Assembly (NCBI RefSeq): GCF_006345805.1
Contig: NC_043021.1
Location: forward strand, 9,920,001 to 9,984,000
DNA length: 64,000 nt
Direction: 5' to 3'
DNA from: Octopus sinensis
Lineage: Eukaryota
Position 1 is the stretch's first letter. Every line of letters starts with the position of its first letter. The position numbers were made by a program, and so were the translations under genes. The notes under the pieces are model-generated. The model did no database searches, had not been told where the DNA came from, and worked only from the letters and a program-made list of their open reading frames with translations. Positions 1 through 12,495 of this stretch are shown one piece after another.

Positions 1-819
1 GGAATATTGGAAATAAACGACACTGATTGTCATTGACAAATGACAACCATTCTACAACTATCTCATGACATCAAGATAAGGAGATACAAACATACACACA
101 CCCTCACTCTCTCTCTCACACACACACTACTAAGTTACGGGGATGTAAACAAACCAAGATCGGTTGTCAAGCGATGGTAGAGGGACAAACATAGACACAA
201 ACACACAAATATATACATATATATATATATATATATATGACAGGCTTCTTTCAGTTTTCGTCTACCAAGTCTACTCAGAAGGCTTTGGTTGGCCTGAGGT
301 TATAGTAGAAGACACTTGCCCAAGGTGCCATGCAGTGGAACTGAACCTAGAACCATGTAGTTAGTAAGCAAGCTTCTTACTACACAGCCATGCCTGTGCC
401 CAAACTTTTAGGCTTGTTTTGTTTGTGACGTTGATGGAGAAACAAAGGATCCAATTCTCTATATTTGCTGTGTTGTCTGAATGTCCTTTTTTGAATAAGT
501 ACTTTTTTTATAAGTACTGTTTTGTAGCTATAAGTTATTTCTGTTTGCCATCATCCCTGTGAAGCGACCAACTATGAGGGTGTGCGTGCGCACCTCCACA
601 TTCATTAAATCAGACTTGTTCTTTTAAAATAATACCGTTTTTTCCTTTTATTTATGGTTATATGAATGCTGTGTTTCTCACACAAATATTAAGGTTGTTA
701 CAGACACCTTTCACAGAATTTTAATCTCAAAAACTACTTCAAGCAGAAACAAAATCTGAAATATAAATTGACTTAAATTTTGTTTAAATATCAACACATA
801 AAATGGATTATTAGTTGAT

Positions 820-820
820 A

Positions 821-852
<32 letters not shown>

Positions 853-1114
853 AATATGAGGGAAAATTATTCCAAACTTACAGGGAAAAATTCAATTTAG
901 AAATACTAAATCAAATTTCACAAAATATAATATATATATAAATTAGAAAAAAACACTTTTATCAATTCAATAATGAAAAATTAAATTATACCATCTAGAG
1001 AATTACAAATTATAGAAAGATTAGATATAAGATAAAGCACATAACGATGATTAAGTAATGTGCAAAATAATAAATAAAACGTATATATTTGGTAGAATAA
1101 CGACATGTGTTATA

Positions 1115-1146
<32 letters not shown>

Positions 1147-1432
1147 AATATGAGGGAAAATTATTCCAAACTTACAGGGAAAAATTCAATTTAGAAATAC
1201 TAAATCAAATTTCACAAAATATAATATATATATAAATTAGAAAAAAACACCTTTTATCAATTCAATAATGAAAAATTAAATTATACCATCTAGAGAATTA
1301 CAAATTATAGAAAGATTAGATATAAGATAAAGCACATAACGATGATTAAGTAATGTGCAAAATAATAAATAAAACGTATATATTTGGTAGAATAACGACA
1401 TGTGTTATATATATATATATATATATATATAT
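820..1432. repeat. About 294-bp tandem duplication bounded by (TA)n
   Basis: ATGAGGGAAAATT at 856 and 1150; the units are essentially identical (one extra C). Confidence 0.95.
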
Positions 1433-1728
1433 AGCTTACTAAAAGCCCTTTATTATATTTGTGGCAAAAATAATCTAAACTTGTTCAGGATGTGAAGTTT
1501 GGCATACATCTGATTGCTTGTTTGTTAATGTGTATAGTCTAATAGAATCACTTAAATTTCTCTCTGATTGGTATTGTTTTATATGAAGTAGGTTTTATTA
1601 ATATGCATTATTTTAGAAAATACTTTCTAATAATTTTAGTAAGTTGTTTTGTCAGAGAAATAGTTGCTGTTCATTTTATAGGGAACTGTAGCACCTGAAC
1701 CACTACTTGCCAGAAACCAGGATCTTAA

Positions 1729-1981
1729 CATCATCATCATCATCGTTTAGTGTCCATTTTCCATGCTAGCATGGGTTGGACGGTTCAACTGGGGTCTGGG
1801 AAGCCAGAAGGCTGCGCCAGGCCCAGTCTGATCTGGCAGTGTTTCTACAGCTGGATGCCCTTCCTAATGCCAACCACTCCGTGAGTGAAGTGGGTGCTTT
1901 TTATGTGCCACCTGCACAGGTGCCAGACGAGGCTGGCAAACGGCCACGATCGGATGGTGCTTTTTACGTGCCACCGGCACT
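1729..1981 (-). mobile_element. RTE-tailed SINE-like repeat (family C)
   Basis: (CAT)n tail, CAGCTGGATGCCCTTCCTAA.GCCAACCAC, internal GGTGCTTTTTA.GTGCCACC repeats. Confidence 0.85.
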
Positions 1982-3328
1982 GGTATCACAGCTACAATTT
2001 CCATTGATGTTGATCGATTTCGAACATTATATTTACATGATGCAGTTTGCTTCCCTGGGATATTTCTGGAGGAAAATGGCACTATCTATGCTATCAAATA
2101 TGGTAATAATGTCCTTTCTACTACAGGCACAATGTCAGAAATTTTGTTGGGGGGGGGGGATTAGTCGATTACACCAACCTCATTACTCAACTATGATAGT
2201 TATTTTATCGATCCTGAAAGGATGAAAGCAAAGTCAACCCGGTTGAATGTGAACCCAGAATGTAACGAGTTAGAGGAGATGCTACTAAGCATTTTGTCTG
2301 ATGTGCTAATGATTCTGCCACATTGCCACTTAATAATATAAATGTTTTTAACCTTTTTGCATTAACAGGACATATCTGGCCCAAATAGTCTACCTGTTTT
2401 ATATCCAAACTGTTCAGATCTAGCTTCTCACACCTATCCTACAATGTCACATTAAAACTAAACAATTACATCAAAATTACAATCTCAAAGCTATGAGATA
2501 ATGTATGATTCATTCCAAGCAATGTAAATAAATAAGCATTGCATTTGACGAAGTAATCTTAATGCTAAAGGGCTAATAATATCACCAGTAGCTGTGTGAT
2601 AAGTAGCTTGCTTACCAACCACATGGTTCCGGGTTCAGTCCCACTGCGTGGCACCTTGGGCAAGTGTCTTCTACTATAGTCTTGGGCTGACCAAAGCATT
2701 GTGAGTGGATTTGGTAGACGGAAACTGAAAGAAACCCGTTGTATATATGTATATGTATACATGTGTGTGTGTGTGTCTGTGTTTGTCCCTGGTGCACTAA
2801 CCGTTCTGCCAGCACGCCACAGAGAGCATTTCTGGTTACTTTTGGGTTCCCTCTCGTATGTATGTATGTATGTATGTATGTGTGCATGTAGCTATGTATG
2901 TGTGTATGTATGCATGTATGTATGTATGATTGTATGTAGTTATGTATGTATGTATATATTCTGGACAAGTGGAACTGCCTACTTATGGAAATAAAGAAAG
3001 AGGGCTTAAGTATTCTGCAGACACTTATATCCTAAATGCTGTCATAATGTGACACCAAGTGTGACAGTTTCCACTCTTGAATTTCAGCTGCTGTCCATCT
3101 GATGGCTTACATACAATAAGGAAAAGGAAAGGCTAACAAAATATATAACTGGTTGTTGTTGTTGTATACCCTTTGTTGTTATCAAGCAGGCCTATGATCA
3201 AAATCCTTCTGAGCATGATCAAAGCATCTTTTTCTTTATCAAATGCAACATTGTCTAATGTGTCTTTCTTTATCTAATCTTTTTGATACCAACCCACCCA
3301 AGACCACCTCTACTTTTATGATACATGT

Positions 3329-3557
3329 TTAACCCTTTTGTTACCAACCCGGCTGAAACCAGCTCTGGCTCTGGGTACAAATGTTTTGTTTTCATAAGTT
3401 TTGAATCAAAATCTTCCACCAAAACCTTAGTCACAATTTATGTTCCTAACACTAGCTGAATGATAAACTAAGCTATTTTACTAAATTCTTTGTTATATTT
3501 AAAATTAATTGAAAGAAACACAGCATCTCAAAATAAATAGGGTAACGAAAGGGTTAA
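3329..3557 (+). mobile_element. piggyBac-type MITE (P2) nested in an older related MITE (P3, about 3275-3705)
   Basis: TTAA-CCCTTTTGTTACC...GGTAACGAAAGGG-TTAA. The flanks rejoin into the uninterrupted P3 seen at about 49575-49788. Confidence 0.85.
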
Positions 3558-4481
3558 AGTGATCTACATTAAAACCTTCTTTTGAAATTTCATGTTGATT
3601 TATGTTCCAAACACCAAGTTAATAATGGCAGTTACTTTACTAAATTCTTCATCATTTTCAAAATTAATTAAAACAAAGGCAGAAATATGGTAATAAAAGG
3701 GTTAAAAACCCTTTTGCATTCACATTTGGCCCTAATATTCTCCTTGTTTTATGTTCATGCTGTCCATGTCTGGCCTCTCATATGTACCCTACAATAACAC
3801 TCTATAAACTAAAAATAAACTATCACATCATTAAATTCTTGAAGCTATGAGATAATGCATGATTAATTTGAAAGCATGCGAATAAATGATTTCAAATTTT
3901 GGCACAAGGCCAGTAGTTTAGGTGGACGGCGTAAGTTGATAACATCGACCCCAGTGTTCAACTGTTACTTATTTTATCGACCCTGAAAATATATTTCTTT
4001 ATTGCCCACAAGGAGCTAAACACAGAGGGGACAAACAAGGGCAGACAAAGGGATCCCAGTGCATAACTGGTACTTTATTTATCGACCCTGAAAATAATGA
4101 AAGACAAAGTTGAGCTCAGCGAAATTTGAACTCAGAACAGAAAAAAATGGTGAAATGCCGCTAAGCAGAACTTTCATTTATTGTCTACAACAGGAGAGTC
4201 CACTATTTAAACACACACACACACACACACATGAAAAAGCAAATACAAAAAACAGCAAACGTACAAGAAATATTCATAATCAAGGCCATTAGTTTTATGA
4301 TGCTCTAGGAAAAATGGAAAGAGTTAAGAGAAAAGTCCAGGAGAAACTGGGAAGAGATAGAAAAAGAAAGAGAAAGGGAACAAAAGAAGAAAGTCAAGAA
4401 GAAAATGCATGTGGGATCTGTTTACATGTTAGACCCACATTTTTTTCTCGGACTATTCTTTTCCTTCTCTTAGATCTTTCC

Positions 4482-4515
4482 TCATTCTGATGAAAAGCCA
4501 TGCTCGAAACCTCGC
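4482..4515 (+). ncRNA. Degenerate hammerhead ribozyme motif
   Basis: CTGATGA-a-aAGC-cat-GCTC-GAAA-CcTC; core intact but stems I and III broken. Confidence 0.45.
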
Positions 4516-5380
4516 ACTCTTTTTTCAATCTTAAACTCAGCGTTAACCTAATACATTCACTGTGTATCTTGTTTTGACTTTTGTTTTGTTTCCCAACCTC
4601 ATGGTTCTGGGTTCAGTCCCACTGCGTGGCACCTTGGGCAAGTGCCTTCTACTGAAGCCTTGGGCCGACCAAAGCCTTGTGAGTGGATTTGGTACATGGA
4701 AACTCAAAGAAGCCCGTCAGTCTTCTATTCTTTTACTTGTTTCAGTTGACTGCGGCCATACTGGAGCACCGCCTTTATTTGAACAAATTGACCCCAGGAC
4801 TTATTCTTTGTAAGCCTAGTACTTATTCTATCGGTCTCTTTTGCTGAACTAGTAACATACAGGGACATAAACACACCAGCATCGATTGTCAAGTGATGGT
4901 GTGTGTGTGTGTGGGTGGGTGGGGGTGGGGACAAATATAGACACAGAAACATACACAAACACACACACACACACGATGGGCTTCTTTCAGTTTCCATCTA
5001 CTAAATCCACTCACGAGGCTTTGGTTGACCTGAGGCTATAGTACAAGACACTTGCAGTGGGACTGAACCCAGAACCATGTGGTTGGTAAGCAAGCTACTT
5101 AACCACACAGCCACTCCAGCACATATATATAAGGTATTAATTTGAAAAAGACAAGTTCCAAGGTCAATAATGCTCCTCATCAAAGCCGATACATATGTAA
5201 ACACAGAGGGCATATAGAAGCCATTATAAGCATGCAAATGCATAACATATAAAAACATATATACATTTAATAGTGTAATTCTGTGCCCAAATCCAAGTCA
5301 GATAAGTAATTGCATAAATACAAATAAATTAAGAAGTCCAAGCTGATGAGATAACAGTTTACAATAGTCCAAAAAGGGAA

Positions 5381-6150
5381 GTCCTCAAATGAATCCTGTT
5401 CTACTCTAGGCAGAAGGCCCGAAATTTTTTGGGTGGGGGACAGTCAATTAGATCGACCCCAGTACGCAACTGGTACTTAATTTATCGACCCTGAAAGGAT
5501 GAAATGCGAAGTTGAGCTCGGCAGAATTTGAACTCAGAACGTAAAGACAGATGAAATATCACTAAGCAGTTTGCCCAGCTCACTGCCTTATATTCTTTTC
5601 TACTCTAGACACAAAACCCGAAATTTTGGGGGAGGGGCCAGTTGATTAGATCGACCTCAGTATGCAACTGGTACTTAATTTATTGACCCCGAAAGGATGA
5701 ACAGCAAAGTCGACCTCGGCGGAATTTAAACATAAAGACAAACAAAATACCTATTTCTTTACTGCCTACAAGGGGCTAAACACAGAGAGGACAAACAAGG
5801 ACAGACAAAGGGATTAAGTCGATTACATCGATCCCAGTGCGTAACTGGTACTTAATTTATCGACCCCGAAAAGATGAAAGGCAAAGTCGACCTCGGCGGA
5901 ATTTGAACTCAGAACGTAACGGCAGACGAAATACCTATTTCTTTATTACCCACAAGGGGCTAAACACAGAGAGGACAAACAAGGACAGACAAAGGGATTA
6001 AGTCGAATACATCGACCCCAGTGCGTAACTGGTACTTAATTTATCGACCCCGAAAGGATGAAAGGCAAAGTCGACCTCGGCGGAATTTGAACTCAGAACG
6101 TAACGGCAGACGAAATACGGCTACGCATTTCACCCGGCGTGCTAACGGGC
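5381..6150 (-). mobile_element. Cluster of four family-A SINE units, including a 184-bp tandem pair
   Basis: Units 5751-5934 and 5935-6118 are near-identical and share one head at 6119-6150; two older units at 5381-5750. Other copies at about 2110-2320(-), 3895-4160(-), 59100-59230(+). Confidence 0.85.
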
Positions 6151-7174
6151 GCCATCCTTCCCACTCTGACTAAGAAATGGTCACATTACGCAGTGTCTTT
6201 TTTTCTTTTCTGAAAAGGCATGGTGCAATTTGAGGAAGATTTGGCTGTTATTTCGAGCAACTTGTCGTAAATACCAGTTATAAGCTGAGTTCGATAAATT
6301 AATCGATAACGATCCTCCTTTCTCCCGTTCAGCAGTTTGTTCTTGTGTCTGGGAAACAGAAATCAATATTCCTTAGACAATGCGTTGTTTGTGAATGCAC
6401 ACTTGCCATTCTTACCTCAGATACAAGTCGACACAGCACCTTTGCCAATTAACATATATGTAAACGGGACGTCGAGAGAGGGAGGGAGAGAGGTTTTATG
6501 TTGTCTACGAGCAACACAAAGCCCCTCTCTCCCTTCCTCCATAAACACAACAGCCAAATTACCTTTAAAATACAGCCTACCGTCTTAAAAAAGAAAAAAA
6601 AAATCCAGAGTCAAGGAGGTCTTTATGTGGTCGCTCAATCTGCTAAAAATAGCAGCCAAATCTCTCTTAAATCGCATCTTACTGTTTTAAAGAAAAGGAC
6701 ACGTAAAATGCACTTCTGGGTCCTGTCTCTGTACGTTGGAAAAGGGAGGAGGATATGACTGGAATGCTTTTGATCATAGATCTGCCCGATCAGGGCTGTT
6801 CTCGGGTTAGACAATAGCAGAAACATTGATAAAGGAGATAGGTATGTTTATATTCGGCAATGAAGTGTAGTAGTTATAGATACATGATGTTTAGAATAAT
6901 AAATAAGAGAAAAAAAAAAGGCCTGGACAGTTACGGTTGGAACGCTTTTTGTTTGTAGGTTTATTCAATAAGGAACTAAATAAAAATGCATTGACGAACC
7001 AACAAAGGAGCCTCTACGTGTTCGACTTGCTGGAAATAGCAGCTAAATCCTCGTCAAATTATACGCAATCATTAAAAAAAAAGAGGGCACAAATTAGAGA
7101 TACATCCCCATGGTCTTAGTAAGAATACCTATTGTTGGGTTTTCAATCTGTATGGACCTAAATGAAACAACAAA

Positions 7175-7191
7175 TCTATCTATCTATCCAT

Positions 7192-7244
<53 letters not shown>

Positions 7245-7288
7245 CATCTATGTATCTATCTATCTATCTTTCCAGCTATCCATCTATG

Positions 7289-7372
<84 letters not shown>

Positions 7373-7390
7373 CATCTATCTATCTATGTC
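7175..7390 (+). repeat. (ATCT)n microsatellite
   Basis: Long, nearly pure ATCT array. Confidence 0.95.
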
Positions 7391-7635
7391 TGTCTGTCTG
7401 CAAAAAAGATATGAAATTGCGTGTGGGGATGTTTATTTGTTCATGTTCAGAACAACAATAGTAGTTAAATAGATTTATCAACATGTTCTGAGTGGGTCTA
7501 CATGCGTGAATGATGCGTGTTCAGACAAATAAAATAGCATCCACTTGTAATCAAAATCTATATCGGTCACCCTTATAGTAATAATCACACCTTAAGAGAG
7601 AGAGAGAGAGTGGTAACGACGAGAAAAAAGGAGAA

Positions 7636-7666
<31 letters not shown>

Positions 7667-7706
7667 AGTGGTAACGGCGAGAAAAAAGGAGAAAGAGAGA
7701 GAGAGG

Positions 7707-7738
<32 letters not shown>

Positions 7739-7926
7739 TAAATACACACGCATACATTTGTGTATGTATATATGTACATGTGTGTGTGTGTGTGTGTGTG
7801 TGCTTAACTTCTGCCGATTATTAAATAAAAAATATATATAAACTCATATTTTGAGTTCTTTTTTTCTGTTTGCATCACCAAACCTACAATATATATATAT
7901 ATATATATATATAGATAAATGAGAGA

Positions 7927-7961
<35 letters not shown>

Positions 7962-8766
7962 CATATATATTATATAATATACATTATAATGTACATAATA
8001 TAACAATTATAGATAGATAAATAGACAGGTACAGAAAGACACACGCACACACACACACAGACAAGACGGAGAGAGAGCGAAAGAGAAAGAAAAAGAGATG
8101 AGGCAGGAAGGGAGTGGGAGTAAAAATACTGATCAGGAGTAGGTGTAACCTAGTATGTTTACTGCAAAAATCTGCAGTTTTTAATCTATTATTTTGGTGT
8201 CAAGAGTCTACTCGTAATAAATATGTTGGCGATGCCTCCGTCAGAAGCTAAGCCGACGCAGAGACCAAAATAATTGTTCACTTGCGCTACGTACCCTGTA
8301 ACCCGCATATGCCAATAATTAATGTCCAAAATTGTTTCGTCTCCCTCTCCCTTGCTCCTCAGCCAAATCTTGTCATAATCAAATTTTCAGTCGGTTTCAG
8401 TTCATTTGTTTAACAACAGTTGTTAGATAAGGTCAAATTCAACTGAACGGTTGATGTTCGATTAGAGAGAGAGAGAGAGAAAGTACAGTGGCAGGTATGG
8501 AGAAAGAGAGACATGTTATGAAATGACGGTGTTAAGAAAGAGATAAACATAGGTAAAAAGAAATATGATTGAGAGAGAGAGAGAGAGAGAGGAGAAACAA
8601 AGTGACAGAGAAAAAGATAGAGAAAATTTTGAGCAAGGAGAGAGCGAGAGAGAGAGAGAGAGAAGATGAAAGTTAGAGAGAGGAACAGTTCGGCTGAGAT
8701 GAAAAAGAGATAAGGTGAGAACATTCACATTACAATAGGGGACCGTTATACAGAAGATGAGGCATA

Positions 8767-8821
<55 letters not shown>

Positions 8822-8899
8822 TAAAGAAATGTGTGTCAAAATCTTTCAAAAGTGCCCGCTTATGGATTTTATCTGTATCTCGTTTCTTGGACTGGAAAC

Positions 8900-9700
8900 T
8901 CCGTGTTAGATAGCGGCGTGTGCTGACTCTCGCTCTATGAACCCCGGTTTGCTTTTGTCCTCAGATTCTTCCACCTTATACATCAACGATCCACTTGCCG
9001 CTTTCTGTAATAACGCCCTCTCATATGTAGATCATGCCACCATTTATTCCTCCTTAACCTTCCATACCCAAGCAACCTAGATACTGCACACTACGTCAAC
9101 ATTGATTCCCTGAACAGGCCTTGAAAACAACCTTCCATAGGCTGGGGGTTGCAGGTCACGCTAATCAAGTCTCCTTCAATAGCAGACACAATCACTGCAT
9201 ATATCAAGAAAACATCGCAGAGCATGTCTCCTAGCGAACGCACATCCTCATCATAGCAAAAGCAGCCCCACAAAAACTGGCTTTTTTCCCCTTCAAATAC
9301 TTAGCCCTCAACACTATTAACTATTTGGAAAGCCCACGTGAAACCAACAACAGAGTTTTTCTCCCACATCTGAGACAGTGCTGCTGCTACACACAGACAG
9401 ACTAGACATCTAGAGAAAGGCCATTTAACTAATTGGCGTTAAGTCGCAGAGAAACACACTCCGGCATCTGGCTTGCAGACATTGTCTTTTATACTACTAC
9501 TACAGTGACCTCTGAGTTAGCTACTTTCTTACTACTCAGGGCTCCTGTGCACTTGTCTCTTATACTGAGTCCCCGTCCCATGGTCTGCCCTAACCACCTC
9601 ATTCAGTTATTTCTTCTCAGAACGCCGGTTCTCTTGGATTTATCCGCCTGCAGTGGTCGACCTGCATGGCATCAATCTCACTTGTCTAAGAAAGTTTATA
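8900..9700 (+). mobile_element. Decayed CR1/Jockey-group LINE RT fragment
   Basis: 8979 onward translates YINDPLAAFCNNALSYVDHATIYSS...SLNR..WG, similar to LYINDL...SYADDSTLHSS...SLNSDL..WG; later a YYY..SELA segment. Confidence 0.6.
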
Positions 9701-10718
9701 ATAATAATAATAATAATAATTGTGTACAGTGCTCAGGTGCACTACAACTATAGAGCCTATAGCCATCATAAACTATAGTATAGGCATAGACCCTGTCATC
9801 ATGCTAAAGAAAATAAGTAAACATCCATGTAAGTATAGAGAAATAAAAAGTGGGAAATATTGGAAAGCAAAAAAATGTAGGAGAGAGGGAGAGAAAGAGA
9901 GTAGATTTATATAGAGACACTTCAAAAATTCTAGGTAACACTTGATAGCCTTATAAAATCATTTTTCTGAATGTTAGAGTGGTGCATTGTAATAAATAAA
10001 TCGATAAAAAAGTAATCATTATTTCGCCATAGAAACGACCATTGTGCAGTAAAAGTTGTATTTTGAAATGATAATTGCTAATCTTTAACATCACTTTTCG
10101 CTTTTTTTTTGCAAAAATGAAGTTAGTCGGTTTTTAGGTTGTAGCTATACCAAGGAACATGTCTTCAGTAGCACCGGTATCCACCTAATTTTAGGAGAAA
10201 ACAATCACAGCTTGACTGGGTTGCCAAATCGAGGTCGCATTATATTGTAAAGCGCTTATTATACTGTTTACACATCGGTTTTGTTTTCTTGTGTTGCCAT
10301 TATTTGACCTCACTGCAACTGATCACTGATTGCAAGTATTGCCTATTAGGAAAATAGGATCTGGAAAGTAAAAAAAAAATCAAGAAACGCTATGAAAGGA
10401 AACGGTCTACAGGCACCGGTACGCACCTAATTTGAAGGAGTTGAAGAGAGAAAGGGGGGAAAGTAAAGGTAGAGAAAGGGAGGGAGGAAGAGAATAAGAA
10501 AATGATACAAAGGAAAAAAGAGGGGGAAAGAACAGTACAAACGAAAGAAAGGGTAGAAAAGAACGAAGCAGAGAGAAAGAGGAAGAGAAATAAGTAAGAG
10601 TGAAAGGAGAGGGAGAGAGAGAAAAGTAGAGGCAAGATAGATAGAGAGGGAGAAGGGGAGGGAATAGAGAAAAAAGAGAAGGCATGATTCAAAGAGAGAG
10701 AGAGAGAGAGAGTGAGAG

Positions 10719-11140
10719 AAAGGGGAGGAACACAGAAAATAAAGAGGCAAGATTCAGAGAGAGTGAGTGAGAGAGAGAGAGACAGACAGAAAAAAGAGAG
10801 AAAGGGGAGGAACACAGAAAATAAAGAGGCAAGATTCAGAGAGAGTGAGTGAGAGAGAGAGACATACATAAAAAAGAGAGAAAGGGGAGGAACACAGAAA
10901 ATAAGGAGGCAAGATTCAGAGAGAGTGAGTGAGAGAGAGACAGACAGATAGAAAAAAGAGAGAAAGGGGAGGAACACAGAAAATAAAGAGGCAAGATTCA
11001 GAGAGAGTGAGTGAGAGAGAGAGACATACATAAAAAAGAGAGAAAGGGGAGGAACACAGAAAATAAGGAGGCAAGATTCAGAGAGAGTGAGTGAGAGAGA
11101 GACAGACAGATAGAAAAAAGAGAGAAAGGGGAGGAACAGC
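10719..11140 (+). repeat. GA-rich minisatellite, 80/82-bp units with 162-bp higher-order period
   Basis: AAAGGGGAGGAAC recurs at 10719, 10801, 10881, 10963, 11043 and 11125. Confidence 0.95.
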
Positions 11141-11215
11141 AAAAAAAAAAAGGAGAAAGTAAGATTCAGTGAGAGAGAGAGAGAGGTGGATGAAAACGAG
11201 GTCGCGCTCTTGCAA

Positions 11216-11225
11216 ACGCCATTTT
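11216..11225 (+). promoter_or_regulatory. YY1-like motif (ACGCCATTTT), probable SF1 promoter/TSS neighbourhood
   Basis: Matches CGCCATNTT; lies in a CpG-containing unique segment about 270 nt before the first ATG. Confidence 0.45.
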
Positions 11226-11492
11226 CATAGTTGTTCTTTCTACATTCAACCAACTTGTTTTTGTTTCAGTTGATATTAATTCGTGATGAAGATCCGTTGG
11301 CAGTGAGCTTCCTATTTCCTACTTGCAATAAGCCGGTGGCTTTATTATTTTGCTTCGTAATTAATCTGACAGTGTTTTGTTTTCAACGGAGAATACCTTT
11401 TCCTATACTACAGATTTTTTTTTCTACCGCTTCTAGCACACTCTCTCTCTTAAGACATACATCTATCCCTTTACACACTTTAGAAGCTCAAA

Positions 11493-11532
11493 ATGCTTTC
11501 AGCTACTGGAACCAAGCGACACATGGAATTTG
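11493..11532 (+). CDS. SF1: SF1 putative first coding exon ([13 protein letters not shown] + G)
   Basis: caaaATG with in-frame TAG at 11481 upstream. Ends G|GTAAGT; the phase-1 end fits exon 2 (G+AT=Asp). SATGT resembles the vertebrate MATGA N-terminus. Short, so less certain. Confidence 0.75.
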
Positions 11533-12446
11533 GTAAGTGTTTTCTCTTCGTACTACTTTCTTTTAAAACCTCAAAAAAACCCCCAAAAACAAACTTTATA
11601 TGCCTCAGTTAAATACACACGTATACATGTCCTGGTGTCTTCAAGTACACACATACATGTGTATGTGTATATATATATATACACACATATATATGTCTGT
11701 CTGTATGTATATTTTATCTTTGAATTTGTCTCAATCGAAGCCGAGTTGTTTCAAATTTCAACACACGATAAAAATATGCAGAGTTCAATTTTTTTTTTTC
11801 AATTTAAAACTTCGATAATTGCAACACGCGCGCACACATGCATGTATACATAAACAATGTGGTTATGGAATTATATAGGCTATAGAAGTTCTTTTCTGTT
11901 ATATAATTGGTGTGTGTGTATATATATATATACAAAAAGAGACCGATAGAAGAAGTACTGGGCTTACAAAAGAATAAGTCCTGGGGTCGATTTGCTCGAC
12001 TAAAGGCGGTGCTCCAGCATGGCCATAGTCAAATGACTGAAACAAGTAAAAGAGTAAAGAGTATATATATATATGTATGTATGTAGTATCTATATAAAAC
12101 GCGTGTCTAATATATATGTATCATACATATGCATAATATATGTATAATATATATTCATGTACCTTCATGTACGTATATATACCGCAGGTAGATAGATGGG
12201 ATCTTCGTCGTTCGACAGTGGGGATTTAGTTTGATGAATTGGATTACCTGCTCCGGAATTAATATCGAAGCGGATGAGCATTCTGCAGACACGTGTACCC
12301 TTAACATAATCAAGATGAATTACATGTATACAAGATATACGTTACCACAAAGTTATCTCTGATAACATTAACGCAAGGTGCTTCGCAGTGTGTTTGAACA
12401 CTGGACCTTGAGGTTGCAAAGCGAACCTACATAAAGCACCTACATA

Positions 12447-12495
<49 letters not shown>

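Noticed and set aside
5381-6150. Regularly spaced repeats resembling a CRISPR array (also 10719-11140 and 53500-53800)
   Set aside because: The units are SINE bodies or minisatellites without unique spacers; eukaryotic context; no cas genes.
7110-7472. ORFs rich in IYLS repeats; similar YI/CV-rich ORFs at 26332-27199, 33855-34235 and elsewhere
   Set aside because: Microsatellite read-through.
8330-8363. Minus-strand CTGAGGA...GAAAC (also 32730-32755)
   Set aside because: No convincing stem II and no stem I; chance matches.
10390-11253. 287-aa minus-strand ORF
   Set aside because: It is the translation of the GA-rich minisatellite (Ser/Leu/Phe repeats); no protein family features.
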